DNA from: the human T2T-CHM13v2.0 reference genome, Homo sapiens
Reading direction: 5' to 3' (one strand)
DNA length: 64,000 nt
NCBI RefSeq assembly: GCF_009914755.1
Contig: NC_060941.1
Shown here: positions 18,544 to 44,921 of the stretch, one piece after another
Position numbering within the stretch: the stretch's first letter is position 1
Layout of the letters: every line of letters begins with the position of its first letter
Program-made: the position numbers and the translations under genes
The notes under the pieces: generated by a model
The model's database searches: none
Told to the model about the DNA's origin: nothing
The model's input: only the letters and a program-made list of their open reading frames with translations

Positions 18544-18680
18544 GGCTGGGTGTGGTGGCTCATGCCTGTAATCCTAGCACTTTGGAAAGGAGGATCGCTT
18601 GAGCTCAGGAGTTTGAGACCAGCCTGGGCAACATAGTGAGACCCCCATCTCTATTCATTTTAGAAAGAAAAAGAAGAAAT
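18544..18680 (+). mobile_element. FLAM_C-type Alu monomer
   Basis: Left monomer only with A-rich tail. Confidence 0.85.
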
Positions 18681-18736
18681 AGAACTGATAAGCTAAGAAA
18701 GGAGAGAAAATGGAATAATAGAAATTATCAGTTAAA

Positions 18737-19027
<291 letters not shown>

Positions 19028-19097
19028 TCAGTTAAAAACACAAAAGGCGGAAAAAGTGGGAGACAAAAATAAAACAAAGCACATGGACAAGAAATAG

Positions 19098-19462
<365 letters not shown>

Positions 19463-19545
19463 TCAATAATCACTTTGAACGTTAGTGGTCTAAATGCATC
19501 AATTAAAAGACAGAGATCTTCAGAGTGATTAAAAAACCAAGACCC

Positions 19546-20008
<463 letters not shown>

Positions 20009-20474
20009 TTATCAAAAAAAGCAAGAGTAGCTATATTAATTTCAAACATTAATTTAGCAAATTCCAGAGCAAGAAAAGTTTTCAGGGATAAAGATGAGCA
20101 TTACATAATGATTAAGACATCAATGCTCCAACAAGACATAACAATCCTTAACATGTATGAGCCTAACAACAGAACACCAAAATATGTGAAGAAAAAACTA
20201 ACAGACTGCAAGGAAAAATAAAGGAATCCACCAATAGTATTAGAGACTTCAACACTCCTCTATCAGAAATTAACAGATCCCACAGAAAAGCAGTAAGGAT
20301 ATTGTTAAACTCAACAGTACCATCAATCAACTGGATATAATGGACACAAATAAGCTACTTTATCCAACAACAGCAGGTTACCTATTCTTCTCAAGCTTGC
20401 ACGAGACATTCACCAAGATAGACCACATTCTGGGCCATAAAACGTACCTTACCAAATTTAAAAGAATAGAAATC

Positions 20475-21098
<624 letters not shown>

Positions 21099-21189
21099 AC
21101 ACAACTTATCAAAAATTGTAGATGCAGCAAAAGCCATGCTTATAGGGAAACGTATAGCATCAAATGCATGTTTTCAAGAAGAAGAAATT

Positions 21190-21540
<351 letters not shown>

Positions 21541-21666
21541 GAAGATCTAAAATCAATCATCTAAGCTTCCACTTCAGGAAACTACAAAATTAAATCCAAA
21601 GTAACCAAAGAAAAAAAATCAAAATTAAATCAAAATTAAAAAATTAAAATAAATTTTAAAATATTT

Positions 21667-22244
<578 letters not shown>

Positions 22245-22799
22245 CTATGGGGGAACTGGGGGTGGCCAAGCGTTCTGAGCCAGCCGGAAAGCTGCGTGGG
22301 TTGCAGCAGCCTGGGTGGGTTCGAGTTGGTCAGCAGGGAAAGGCCCCCTGGGTTCCAGGCACCCGGGACTCAGCTGCAGAGACGGTGAACCAAGCCCCTT
22401 CCTCTCCTAGACTCACCTTCCAGCCCAAAAAAGATGATTGGCAAATAAAGTTAATAAACACAATCATTTCAAGTAGAGTCAGGTGCTCTGAATTACATCG
22501 AGCAGATGGATGGGAAGCGGCGCAGGAGGGAGGTGTGGACGGGGAGGATACTGGGGGAGGGAGAGGCAGCCCCAGAGGGTCTGTGGGAAGGGACAGCCAG
22601 TGCAAAGCTGCAGAGGAGGGACAGGGCATGGTGGGGGAGTATTCAAAGGACAGAGGACAAATGAAGGGAGATGAGGACCAAGCCCACCAGGGCTGGATGG
22701 TGCTGGCGTCAATGGGCCGTGCCCAGGAAGGTGGGTTTATTGTTAGGGTCTTTGAGGAGCCAGTGAGGGTTTTTATCAGACATGGTGTGATTTAATTTT

Positions 22800-24297
<1,498 letters not shown>

Positions 24298-24862
24298 TGA
24301 TTTAATTTCTTAAAGCCTCTCGTAGAGAAGGGCCCGTAGTTGGGCATGGTTAAGGCACCATTAGGTGGGACGTGCTGGGGGGCTAGGCCGTAGGAGCGGG
24401 ATGGTGAGAAGAGGCGATCTGGAGGGATCATGGAGGCATCGCCCCCAGGATTTGCAGCGACTGGGCCAGGGGGGGATGAGGGATTGCAAGGAGTGGGGAG
24501 GACTCGGGTTTCAGGCCTGAGCAAGTGGGACAATGGGGGTGCCAATGTGAGGTGGTGGAGACTGTGAGCGGGGCAGCGCCATGGCAGGGGATCAGTCAAA
24601 AGTCCACTCAAGAATTGAGAGTACGGGGGAGGTGCTGCTGCACAAACTTTTAGCACAAGCCAAGCCTGCACCCACTGGAATGTGAGCATCGGAGTGGGTG
24701 GTGGGGCAAGTGACAGGCACAGTGCTCATCAAGGATGGTGGGCCATGGGTCATACACCTCCAGGTTCTTTTGGTGGGAACAACAGGTCAATTTCTTCTGC
24801 TCAGTAGGATGTATATCAGCAAGAAGATGAGCACACCAGCTCACTCAAAACTTTAAGGAACC

Positions 24863-25350
<488 letters not shown>

Positions 25351-25889
25351 TGCCTGGTGCCGGGCAGTCAGGGTCATCATGAAGTTGCTGTGTTTCTAAG
25401 TAAAGGAGCTCCCTTGAGAAGAGATAGGGAAGTTTGTGAGAAATATGTCAGCTTTCGTGGCCTCTGAAGGTCAAGTGAACTCTGGCATTTAAACACAGCG
25501 GCCAGAGTCACTACACATCCTGTGTTTTCTTTATGAGAAGAAAAGCTTGGCAAGGGAAATGTCAGCAACAAGGTACACGCAGCTGGTTCGCCGCAAGACG
25601 GCCACCCATGTCGTGCTGTCTTCACATATTCCAGGCACTGGGAGGTCTCTCCAGGATTAAGGCCACCACCCTCCCCTCACTGCCGCCTCCCCTGTCATGC
25701 ACATGGGAAAGGCCTGGCTCCTCTTAGGCCAGGCAGACCACCCTACTTTATTTGGCCTTGGGGCCAGTGGACAGGCCTTCTAGGGCTGCCACCTTGGTCC
25801 CCAGGGGCAGTGCACTACACACCAGGCATCGGCAGTGGGCACGACTCCCTCTGGGATTGTGCAAACAGGACCTCTCTCCAGCAGCTCCA

Positions 25890-26567
<678 letters not shown>

Positions 26568-27909
26568 TAAAATGCAAAAAAAAAAAAAAGGATATAATAA
26601 TAAACAGTCATATTTTCATCACCCAGAGAAGTCCAGCCGCCAAGCAGGTGGCCTTTGATGGTGGGAGGCAGTGCCACCCCTGCCCTGCCTCCCTCTTCAC
26701 TCTGGCTTACCCCATGGTGCTTTTCTGGCGCAGATGAGGAAACAGGGATTTGAGGGCTGCAGGAGGCAGAGGAGCCATCCTCCCGGTTCTCTCAGACAGG
26801 ACAGGAAGCCTGGAGCACCCAGCTTCACAGAGGCCCCAGCACTTCCGTAGGCCTCGCACCACCTCCCTCACCCGCCTTTGCCAAGCCACCCGCTGTGATG
26901 ATTTGAAGGCCACTCCGGCAGGGCAGAGAGGCCCTGCAGGTGATCTTGCACTCTGCCTGCATTTCCACCGCCAGAGCCTCAGATCTTTTGTTCTCCCAAA
27001 TCAATGGCAGCAATGCTGTGGGCTGCCTCAAGTTTCGCCTCTCATCCTGGGATCGGGCGGGGGCTGGGAGTCCTATTGGACAGGGATGCCCCATTCGGGG
27101 GATTGCCGGTCAGGGCTGGGGTACGGGTGAACCCTCAAGAGTGACACATCTACTGGGTATTTAGACATGGGAAACAACTTCCCATTTGGCTGCGAGGAGG
27201 CTTCGGGAGCTGGGAAGTTCCCCTGCAACTGCCTGTGCTCCCGGGAGGAAAGGCCCCACCCAAGCCAGATCGTGGTCCCCTCGCAGGTGTAACGCATTGA
27301 GCTGGGTGAGCTGGGCAGCCTTGGAGTTGAAAGGACCCCAGGAATCCAGTCCAGGTCCCCTGTGGTGCAAATGGGGAAACTGAGGTCCGGACAGGGAGAG
27401 GACCTCACCCAGCCGGTGGCTGCCAGGTAACGCATGTCTTTGGTTTTGTCCCTTTAACTCTGTGAGTCTGGGTCTCAGTCTCCTCATCTGTCAGTTATAA
27501 ATGATAATCCCACTACAGTCCCAGGGCATTGCGGGAGAAGCTGGCGGCGGCGTGGCAGTTGCTGTTCTCTGAAAAGTCCCCACTGTTCCTGCCCTCCCAG
27601 CCTTGGTCTTTGCTGGGCCCTGGGGTCCCTTCCTCAGTCTCCTCCCTGCTGAGCCCGCCCCCCGCACATCCTGGCTTGGGTCCCTGCAGTAAGCCCTGTT
27701 CTCACCCCCACCCCCGTCCAGGAACAAGGGCTGGGATGCTCTCACCAGCGTCAGCTTCTCTCATGCTGAAAGCTCTGACTCTTGCACCATGCCCAGGCCA
27801 GAGCCCTCACTCAATGCACTGAATAACTGAGCACACACGGGCACACCTGGAATCCTAACCGCTTCCACGGTCCCCTAAATGCTCATCCTGAGCCAGAAAG
27901 TCTAACTGA

Positions 27910-28872
<963 letters not shown>

Positions 28873-28888
28873 TAAAAGAAAAAAATCT

Positions 28889-29210
28889 GGCCGGGCGCGG
28901 TGGCTCACACCTGTAATCCCAGCACTTTGGGAGGCAGAGGCAGGCGGATCATGAGGTCAGGAGTTCAAGACCAGCCTGGCCATTATGGTGAAACCCCGTC
29001 TCTACTAAAAAAAAAAAACAATACAAAAATTAGCCAGGCGTGGTAGCACGTGCCTGTAGTCCCAGCTACTCGGGAGGATCGCTGAGGCAGGAGAATCTCT
29101 TGAACCCAGGAGGCAGAGATTGCAGTGAGCCAAGATCCCGCCATTGCCCTCCAGCCTGGGCGACAGAGCAAGACTCCGTCAAAAAAAAAAAAGAAGAAAA
29201 GAAAAGAAAA
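28889..29210 (+). mobile_element. AluSg-type
   Basis: Full Alu. Confidence 0.94.
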
Positions 29211-29671
29211 ATCTTAAAATGCAGAAAGATGGAAAGAATAATAAACAGCCATATTTCCCTCAGCCCAAAGTAAAACTGTCCACACCTCATCATTACTGCT
29301 TCTTTCGCTTTCTCTTTTGCCCGGGGGCAGGTGGCGGCATGGTGCACGGCGGGAGGCGGGCAGTGATGCCTGTTTTCCCCATGTTCCCCATTCACAATGG
29401 CCGTTGTCGTCCATGCCAGGTGGCCCCAGACCGATGGAAGAAAGGAAGCCCCAGTGGGAGTTTTGGTTTGGATGTCTCTGGTTATCCTCTCACACACTCA
29501 CCAGCCAGCTCAGGTCCCCTCTGTACCCTGCTCACTCATATATTTTGCCATTTTTCTGTTGTGTTTCCTGCTTGTTCCTTGTTGGTCTGCAGGAGTTCTT
29601 TGAATGTGCTAGGTATGAATTCTTTGTTGGTTGTTTGGTTTGTGACATTTACATAAAATAAGATTAACTGG

Positions 29672-29959
29672 TTTTTTTTGTTGTTTTTTTTTTTTTTTTG
29701 AGACAGGATCTTGCTCTGTCACCCAGGCTGGAGTGCAGTGGTCGAACTCCTGGGCTCAAGCAATCCTCCAGCCTCAGCCTCCTGAGCACCTGGGTCTACA
29801 GGCGTTGCACCACCATGCCCAGCTAATTTTTTGATTTTCTGTACAGACAGGGTCTTGCTATGATGTCTCGGCTGGTCTGGAACTCCTGGGCTCAAGCGAT
29901 CTACCTGCCTCAGCCTCCCAAAGTGCTGGGATTACAGGTGTCAGCCACGGTGCCCAGCC
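29672..29959 (-). mobile_element. AluJ
   Basis: Reverse-complement Alu with an internal deletion. Confidence 0.9.
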
Positions 29960-31693
<1,734 letters not shown>

Positions 31694-32056
31694 ACAGGTT
31701 GAGTACCCCCCTTCGCAATCATGTGAGGCGGGGTCCACCTTCTGTTCCACCGTGTAAGCCATCACCAGGCTTTAGCCAAACCATCCTTCCCCCTAGGCTG
31801 TGAGCCCACCTAGATTCCCATCACCACGTAAATGAGAATGTGATGGGTGCCCCTTTTGGGGTTCCATAGGCCAGTGAGAAGCAGTGAATTCGGGGTGCTC
31901 ACAGCTCCAGGGATAGATCATGATGCTCAGAGTCATGAGAAACAGCATGAGCTGCAGAATAACACTGGCCCACAGCCACGCAGCCACATGTGTGCTTGTG
32001 TAAGGCTCGACACACAGCTAAAGACCAAATATCAGCCTCATTAAGAGGCAGCCTTG

Positions 32057-33819
<1,763 letters not shown>

Positions 33820-34697
33820 CTGTGATAGCAACATGCCAGGACTTAGCCCCTGCACCAACACCCAAGGAAGAAGTGAAAGGACAGCTCTTTGGCACGAGGT
33901 GCTCCAGCCAGGCCCCTTCGAGTTTCCTATGACCCGTCATCGCTTTGACCTGCCTGGGTCCCTGAAGGGCCCTAACAGAGGAGGAAGGGCTCTTCTGGCA
34001 GGGGAAGAGGCCTGTTTCTCCCCTACCCCAGTAGTCATGGGGCCAAGCTTCAAAGTGCCTGAAAGGAGCACAGTAGGGGATGTCTTTACAGCCTAGGAGG
34101 AAGCCACAGGAATGGACTATTTCACTGATGGGGTAGCCATGCCCACATGCCCCAGCAGGCCAGCCTGGACTTGTACCTTCTGCTTGCCTGGGATCTTCCC
34201 CTGCAGACCGCCCCTGGCAGTCAGTTCCACACCAGGAGCCCTCAGCCAAACGACCACCATCCCCTCTGTCCGTGCTGACCCAATGCCCAGGCACAGTCCC
34301 AGCCCCAAGATGGGCCCAGTGATGAAGTGGCTGCCCCTTCACTTCCTCAGCAATCCCCGGTAGGTCCCGAGTACAGGCCAGACCTCCCTGCGAGGGGCAC
34401 GTCCCCCTCAGATCTCAACCCAGGTGCCCTGAGTTGCCCTGCGTGTTTTTAGACATCTTCTATTCTGCGCCCTGGCTCTGTCCCCCCCATCTGTGTGTAT
34501 AACCCTCTCTATTCCTGCCCGCTCCTGCTCCCTCTTCCTCCATCTTCCCTTCCTTCCTTTCACTGACCCCACACATACTGTCTGAATGCCTACTGTGTGT
34601 CGGCCACCAGGCACTCCCCAGGGGATGAGGCGAGCAGGGTCCACATGTGGGCCAAGACACAGTCAAAACCACTCAGAGAGCAACGAGCCCTTCTGGG

Positions 34698-35003
<306 letters not shown>

Positions 35004-35579
35004 TGAGCCCTTGTGTTTTAAGCTGCAATGTGGGACAAAAAGATACCAGGCAGCAACTGTAGGGAGGGTGGCCTTGGAAGGCCTTTCTAAGGAGGTGACA
35101 GTCACACTGAGATCTAGAGGCAAGGACACCCGCTTTGCAAAGTTGTCGGGGAAGAGAAGTCAGGCAGGGGAACAGCAGATGCAAAGGCCTGGAGGCAGAG
35201 GCTGAGATCCTCCCGAGGACCAGCCCCTGGCCTCGGAGGTGGTTGGCCCTCAGTGACCAGAGAAAGAACAGTCTTTGCTGGTGTCACACAGCAAGTAAGA
35301 GGCAGGGATCTAGGTAAGAAACCAGACCCTGCCAATACTACGTCTCATGTTCCTGCCCTGGCCACTGAACACTTGCTGAAGGCCACCCTTATTCACCGAT
35401 GACAGTGTAGGATCGGTGAGGCCACCAGCAAGCATTAGCGTCTGCCCAGAGCTGGGGATGGTCCCAATCAGATGCTCAGCTCCAGCTGGGAAAACAAAAG
35501 CAGCACCACATCCCCACTGTCTTTGCCATGCTGTTGGGGACGTTGGCCAGTATTGGATCACCAGCTGAGGCACACACAC

Positions 35580-35879
35580 TTTTTTTTTTTTTTTTGAGAC
35601 GGCATCTCACTCTGTTGTCCAGGCTGGAGTGCAGTGGCACAATCTTGGCTCACTGCAACCTCTGCTTCCCAGGCTCAAAGTGATCCTTCCACCTCAGCCT
35701 CCGGAGTAGCTTGGACTACAGGCAGGCACCACCATGCCCGGCTAATTTTTTATATTTTTTTGTAAAAACAGGGTTTTACCAGTTTGCCCAGGCTGGTTTC
35801 AACTCCTGAACTCAAGTGATCCTCCCACCTTGGCCTCCCAAAGTGCTGCAACTATAGGCATGAGCCACTGCGCCTGGCC
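35580..35879 (-). mobile_element. AluJ
   Basis: Full reverse-complement Alu. Confidence 0.92.
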
Positions 35880-36182
35880 AGGCACATGCTGAGAGAGAGA
35901 GCCATCTGCCAACAGCTCATGCATTCACTTACCAGTGATGTCATTTGCCTGTGAGCACCCACCATGTGTCAGGCACGGGGCTGGGGCCTGCCCGGCCATT
36001 CCATCACCTCCTCCAGGCTTCTGTATCTGCGCCCCTGTCCCTGAAATAGCATTTCCACCTGCCTTGGATGCTCTCTGAAAAATGCTCCCCAAAAGATGTT
36101 CATATCCTAATCCTGGAACTCATGAAGGTTTCTGCTATGGTTTGAATATGTTCCCCAGATTTCACGTGTTAAAACTTAATCG

Positions 36183-36656
<474 letters not shown>

Positions 36657-37099
36657 TCAGGGTGGGGCCCCATGATGGGACTTGTGGCTTTATAAGAAGA
36701 GGAAGAGAGACTTGAGCTGGCACACTCTTGCCCTCTCGCCATGTGACACACTGTGCCGTTTCCTGACGCTGTAGGAAGGCCCTCACCAGATGTTGGCACC
36801 ATGCTCTTGGACTCCCCAGCCTATAGAACCATGAGCTAAATAAACTTCTATTGCTTATAAACTACCAGTCTGTGATATTCTGTTATAACAACAGAGAATA
36901 CACTAGACAGAAAATTGGTACTGAGAAGTGTTGCTAGTAACAAATACCCAAAAACACAGAAGCAGCTTTGAAATGAGTAGCATTACCCAATGGGCTGGAA
37001 GAATTTGGAGAAGCAGGCTAGAAAAGCCTGTATTGCTGTAAAAAGAGCATTAAGGGCAATTCTGGTGAGGTCTTCGAAAACAAGAAGACTAGGGGAAGT

Positions 37100-37570
37100 C
37101 TGGAACCTCTGCGAGATTACTTAAGTGGTCATGACCAGAATGCAGATAGAAATGTGGAGAATAAAGGCCACTCTGATGAAGTCTCAGATGGAACGGAGGA
37201 ACAAGATATTGGAAACTGGAGTAAAGCCCGTCCTTGTTATAAACTGGCCAAGAACTTGGCTGGATTGTGTCTGTGCCAGGGACTCTATGGAATGCAGAAT
37301 TTGAGAGCAATACATTAGGATATCTGGCAAAAGAACTATCTAAGCTGCAAAGTGTTCCGGCTGCTGCACAGCTACTTACATTAAGCTGCAAGAGGGAAAA
37401 TGACTTAAAGATGAAATTTATAATCAAAAGGGAAGCAAAGCAGAAAGTCTTGGAAAATTCTCAGCCTGGCCACATAAAGAGAGAAGAGGCATGTTCAGGA
37501 GAGGGAACCAAAAGGGTGGCCCAGCAACTGTTCGCTAAGGAAATTAGTACAGGGAGAAAGATCGGCAAGA
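37100..37570 (+). pseudogene. Decayed MaLR internal ORF remnant
   Basis: 'LWNAEFESNTLGYLAKELSKLQSV...ENDLKMKFIIKREAKQKVLENSQPGH' resembles the MaLR internal ORF. Confidence 0.7.
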
Positions 37571-37582
37571 GAATAGAAGAAA

Positions 37583-37909
<327 letters not shown>

Positions 37910-38542
37910 ATGAGAGAATGGAAGAAAGACCCCGAAGCATTTCAAAGATCTTCCAAGCTGGCCCTCCCATCACAGACCCAGAGGCCTAGGAAGGAAGAAT
38001 GGTTTTGGGGACAGGCCAGGCACCCTTCATGGATTTGCTGTCCAGGGCCCCCTAGAGTGTCCGTGCTCTCATGTAGTGTTTCCTCCACTGTCCCAGCTGT
38101 GGCACAAGCAGCCCCAGGTGTGGCTGGACCCACTGCTCTGGAAGATATAAGCCCATAGCCTTGGTGGCATCTGCATGGTGCTAATTCTACAGGCTCACAG
38201 AAAGCAAGAGCTGTGAGTATGGCAGCCTCTGCCTAGTTCAAAGGCTGTATCAGCCTTGTAGCCCAAGCAGGATTTGTTGCAGGGGTGGAGACACCACAAA
38301 AAGCCTCTCATGAAGGCAATGCCTGGTGGAGCTGAGGCAGTGAGACCATCACCAAGACCCGAGAACTGTACAGCTACCAGTGTGCAACGCCAGCCAGGGA
38401 GAGCTCAAGTGTGGGCTGGGCCCAGCAAAGCCATGGAAGCCAGGCTGCCCCAGGCCTTTGGGGCCCACCCCCCACCCCAGTATGTCCAGGAGGCGGAACA
38501 CAGAGTGAAGGATTATTCTGGAGTCTTAAGGTGTGATGTTTA

Positions 38543-38872
<330 letters not shown>

Positions 38873-39321
38873 TCATCATGCCTACTTCTGCTTTTTGGAA
38901 TGGGAATGTCTATCCAATGCCTGTGCCACCACTGTATTTTGGGAGGAGATAACTTGTTTGATCTCACAGGGTCACAGCTGGAAGGAATTCATCGCAGGAT
39001 GAATCGTACCTTCAGTCTCACCCATATCTCATTCAGATGAGACTCTGGACTGCGGACTTTTGAGTTGATGCTGGAGCAGGTTAAGACTTTGGGGCTTTGG
39101 GGATGGAATGAGTACATTTTGCATGTGAGGACATGCATTTTGGGGCCCAGGGCAGACTACTGTGTTTTGAATGTGTCTCCTAAATTTCATGTGTGGGAGA
39201 CTTAATCCCCAAATTCATATGTTGATTGGAGGTGGTGCCTTTGGGAGGTAGTTGGGATTAGATGAGGTCATTGGGGCAGGGCCCCCAGGAAGGGACTGAT
39301 GACTTTCTAAGAAGAGGAAGA

Positions 39322-39630
39322 GGCTGGGTGAGGTGGCTCATGCCTGTAATCCCAGCACTTTGGGAGACTGAGTGGGTGGATAGCTTGAGCCCAGGTTTTT
39401 AAGACCAGCCTGGGCAATGCAGTGAAACTTCATCTCTATAAAAAATACAAAAATTAGCTGGGTGTGGTGATTTCGTCCACACGTACTGCAGTCCCAGCTA
39501 CTCGGGAGGCATGAGGTGAGAGGATTCCCTGAGCCTGGGGAGGTGGAGGCTACAGTGAGCCGTGATCACATTGCTGCCCTCCAGCCTGAGCAATGGAGTG
39601 AGTCCTGTCTCCAACAAATTGTTTAAAAAA
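39322..39630 (+). mobile_element. AluJ
   Basis: Full Alu in the 3' LTR. Confidence 0.9.
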
Positions 39631-39948
39631 GGAGAGGACGAAAGACCTGAGCTGACAGCTTCTGCTCTCTCCCATGTGAAGCCCTGTGCCATGGAATGAT
39701 GCCATGAGAAGTCCCACACCAGATGCCAGTGTGATGCGCTTGGACTCCCTAGCCTCCAGAACCATAAGCATATAAACCTCTATTGTTTATAAATGACCCA
39801 GTTTGTTTTATAGAAACAAAAAACTGAGACAGTTTTCTTACATGGCAAAAAGCGGGGTGGGTCTATCAGGTGTGACTGAGGATTCTGAGATGAGGAGATT
39901 GTCCTGGGGTATCGGGGTGGGCCCTGAATGCCATCACTAGTGTCTTTA

Positions 39949-40566
<618 letters not shown>

Positions 40567-41141
40567 GAATGAGGAGGCAGAGTGATGACCACACACAGAA
40601 GAGAAGACAGGGTGCAGATGGAGTGGAGAGACCTCCAAAGATGCTGGCCTGGAAGACGGCAGTGATGTGGCCACAAGCCAAGGAAGGCCGGCAGCTGCCA
40701 GAAACTGGAGGAGGCGAGGAACAAGTCTGCCCTAGAGCCCTGCAGAGGGAGCACGGCCCTGCAGACACCTTGATTTCTGCACAGTGACACTGATTTCAGG
40801 CTTCTATCCTCCAGAACTGTGAGAGAGCAAATTTCTCTCACTTGTGGCAATTCATTACAGCAGGAAACAAACACACTCGCTAACCCTTTACTCCAATTTA
40901 CCAGCGCCCTCCTCTGCTCCTGCTTATGGAGTGTATGTCATTCCCAGCTGGAATGCCAACTGAGGGCAGGGTTTTAAGAGCCTTGTTTTTCACTGCACCC
41001 TAGGGCTCACAGCACCAAACACAGGTTGAATGCACAACGAATGAATGAATGGAGGAACCAGTATTTTTTCATTTTTCAAAAGTAATAATAACTTTTACAT
41101 GAATGTGGGCTTAGGCATATGCTTAGAAAAAGTCCCAAGGG

Positions 41142-41559
<418 letters not shown>

Positions 41560-41614
41560 TCAAGAACCTCTATTAATTGTTATCAAGAAACCAAATAAGA
41601 AAAGCAAACCATAA

Positions 41615-41913
41615 GGCCGGGTGAGGTGGCTCATCCCTGCAATCCCAGCACTTTGGAAGGCTGAGGCAGACAGATCACTTGAGCTCAGGAGTTCGAGACC
41701 AGCCTCGCCAACATGGCGAAACCCCAAAACCCCATCTCTACTGAAAATACAAAAAATTAGCCAGGCGTGGAGGTGAATGGCTGAGGCATGAGGATCACTC
41801 GAACCCAGGAGGCAGAGTGAGCTGAGTGAGCTCAGTGAGCTGAGATCGCACCACTGCACTCCATCCTGGGTGACAGAGCGGGACCCTGTCTCAAAAAAAA
41901 AAAAAAAAAAAAA
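41615..41913 (+). mobile_element. AluJ/S
   Basis: Full Alu with small indels; TSD ...gcaaaccat. Confidence 0.9.
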
Positions 41914-42229
41914 GGCAAACCATGAAGAGGAGAGGAGCACCATTTTTTCCAAAAGGGTGATTCTCTATGGAGTTGGGGTCTGGAGAGCATCTGCTTGAAT
42001 GGAAGTCGCCAACAGGAAGAAAGCCATGCTTTGCAGAGGCCTCACTAGCCTGGAGAGCCACCAGGGCCCTCAAGGGCAATCAAAGTTCCCATCATTGGAC
42101 TAAGAGGGGCAGGAACGTCCACCTGTCTTTCCTCAGACAAGAGAAGGGGCTCTTGGAGACTTTGGGGGGCCATTTAGACGTTGAGAGCTTAGTTCCTACA
42201 CCACAGTTCCTACACCACTGATGGCTGCT

Positions 42230-42420
42230 GCCATGTTTTATTGGCGACCTGCTCCGGGCCAGGCACGTGGATTGTTTTTAATCATCTCGGCAAAATCTCA
42301 AGGTGGGGCCAGTCTTTGATTTATGGAGGAGAAAACCGAGACTCTGAGAGGTGGTTTGCTCAATGTCACACAGCTGGAAGGTGGCAGAGGTGAGAGGGGC
42401 CTCTGGTCTGCACTGACCCT
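42230..42420 (-). mobile_element. MIR
   Basis: 'gaggagaaaaccgagactctgagagg..tttgctcaatgtcacacagct'. Confidence 0.65.
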
Positions 42421-42604
42421 TCTCATGAGGCCACATATACCCACTACCATCTTAGCGCATGTCTCGGGGTCTGTAAGGATTTTCCACACTCGGGCAGTGC
42501 ACCTTCTGGCCATTCCTGGGTCCTTGCAACACTGGTATCTCCCCAGTTCACCAGTCCTTTAAAAATGCTTAAGGGAGTTCAATTCTGCCCCAACACCAGG
42601 CAAA

Positions 42605-42620
42605 CAGTGCCACCTGGCGG
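42605..42620 (-). promoter_or_regulatory. Candidate CTCF binding motif
   Basis: Minus strand CCGCCAGGTGGCACTG fits the core CC[AG][CG][CT]AG[AG][GT]GGC[AG][CG] at all 14 positions, in non-repeat DNA. Confidence 0.5.
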
Positions 42621-43552
42621 ATGACAAGGACAGTACAGGAATTACCATGTGCCCTTGGGAAACTGTCCCCAGGCAGTTGTGATTCTAGGCCAAGGGCAGA
42701 GTTGTTTTCTTTGACTTCATAAGAGGGGCAGGAGAGGAGGCCCACTGTTACCACAGCTGAAAATCAGAGGGCTGGCCCTGTCTGGGTGCTTCTGACAGCG
42801 AACCCAGACTTTCTGGGTCCCCTCTATGGTATCCTGCCAAGAGATCATCCAGCTTGGGCTTAAATACGTCCAGGGTGGGGGTCTCACTCTCCATGTGTCT
42901 TCATCACAAAGTTCTTGCTATCTCCGTGTAACATCTACTCTTGGCTCTTGCTCTACTTCCACGAAGAGCTCATCAACCTTTCTGCCCTCTGACAGCCCTT
43001 TGGAGGATCCAGGGAGCTCCACTTTCTCCTCCAGACTAAGCAGCCTCCATCACTGCTCTCAGGACAGGAATCTGGCTCTTCTCCCTGAAGTCATGCTCCT
43101 CAGGTCTTCCTGGCTTGAGTGCTTGTGGTTGGGAAGTAGGATGGGAGGGGCAGAGACAGCTTCATTTTGCTGTATCCGATAGTGGAAGTGCTCTTCTCCC
43201 GACACCTGCCATGGCTGGAATCTTCTCACCATTCAGGTCTCAGCTCAAATATTACCTCCTTGGTAAGGCCTTCTCTGACCACCCTGGGCTCAAGTAGCCT
43301 CCCCAGGCCCACCCTCAGCCAAACCAATGGCACGTTTGCAGCCTGCCCCACCCCCACCCCCAACCTGGCCATGAGCTCCACAGGACAGGGATTTGTCTGT
43401 TGTGTTGGGTATTGAGTCCATGGCCGTGGAGCAGTGGCCAGCATCTGCTGGCTTGATCCTCACCGGGATGAAGAGCAAGGTAGGGCAGTGGCTCCACTGG
43501 GCTCCTCCAGAAGCAGAGCCTGGGATAAGGGCAAATAGTTAATTTGGGAGAT

Positions 43553-44921
<1,369 letters not shown>

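Noticed and set aside
24640-24860. Unique-looking segment tested as a coding exon
   Set aside because: No recognisable protein in the frames examined and no convincing splice-site pair
27511-27533. ZNF143/SBS-like 'actacagtcccagggcattgcg'
   Set aside because: Spacing is short of the ACTAYRnnnCCCR consensus and it adjoins MIR-derived sequence
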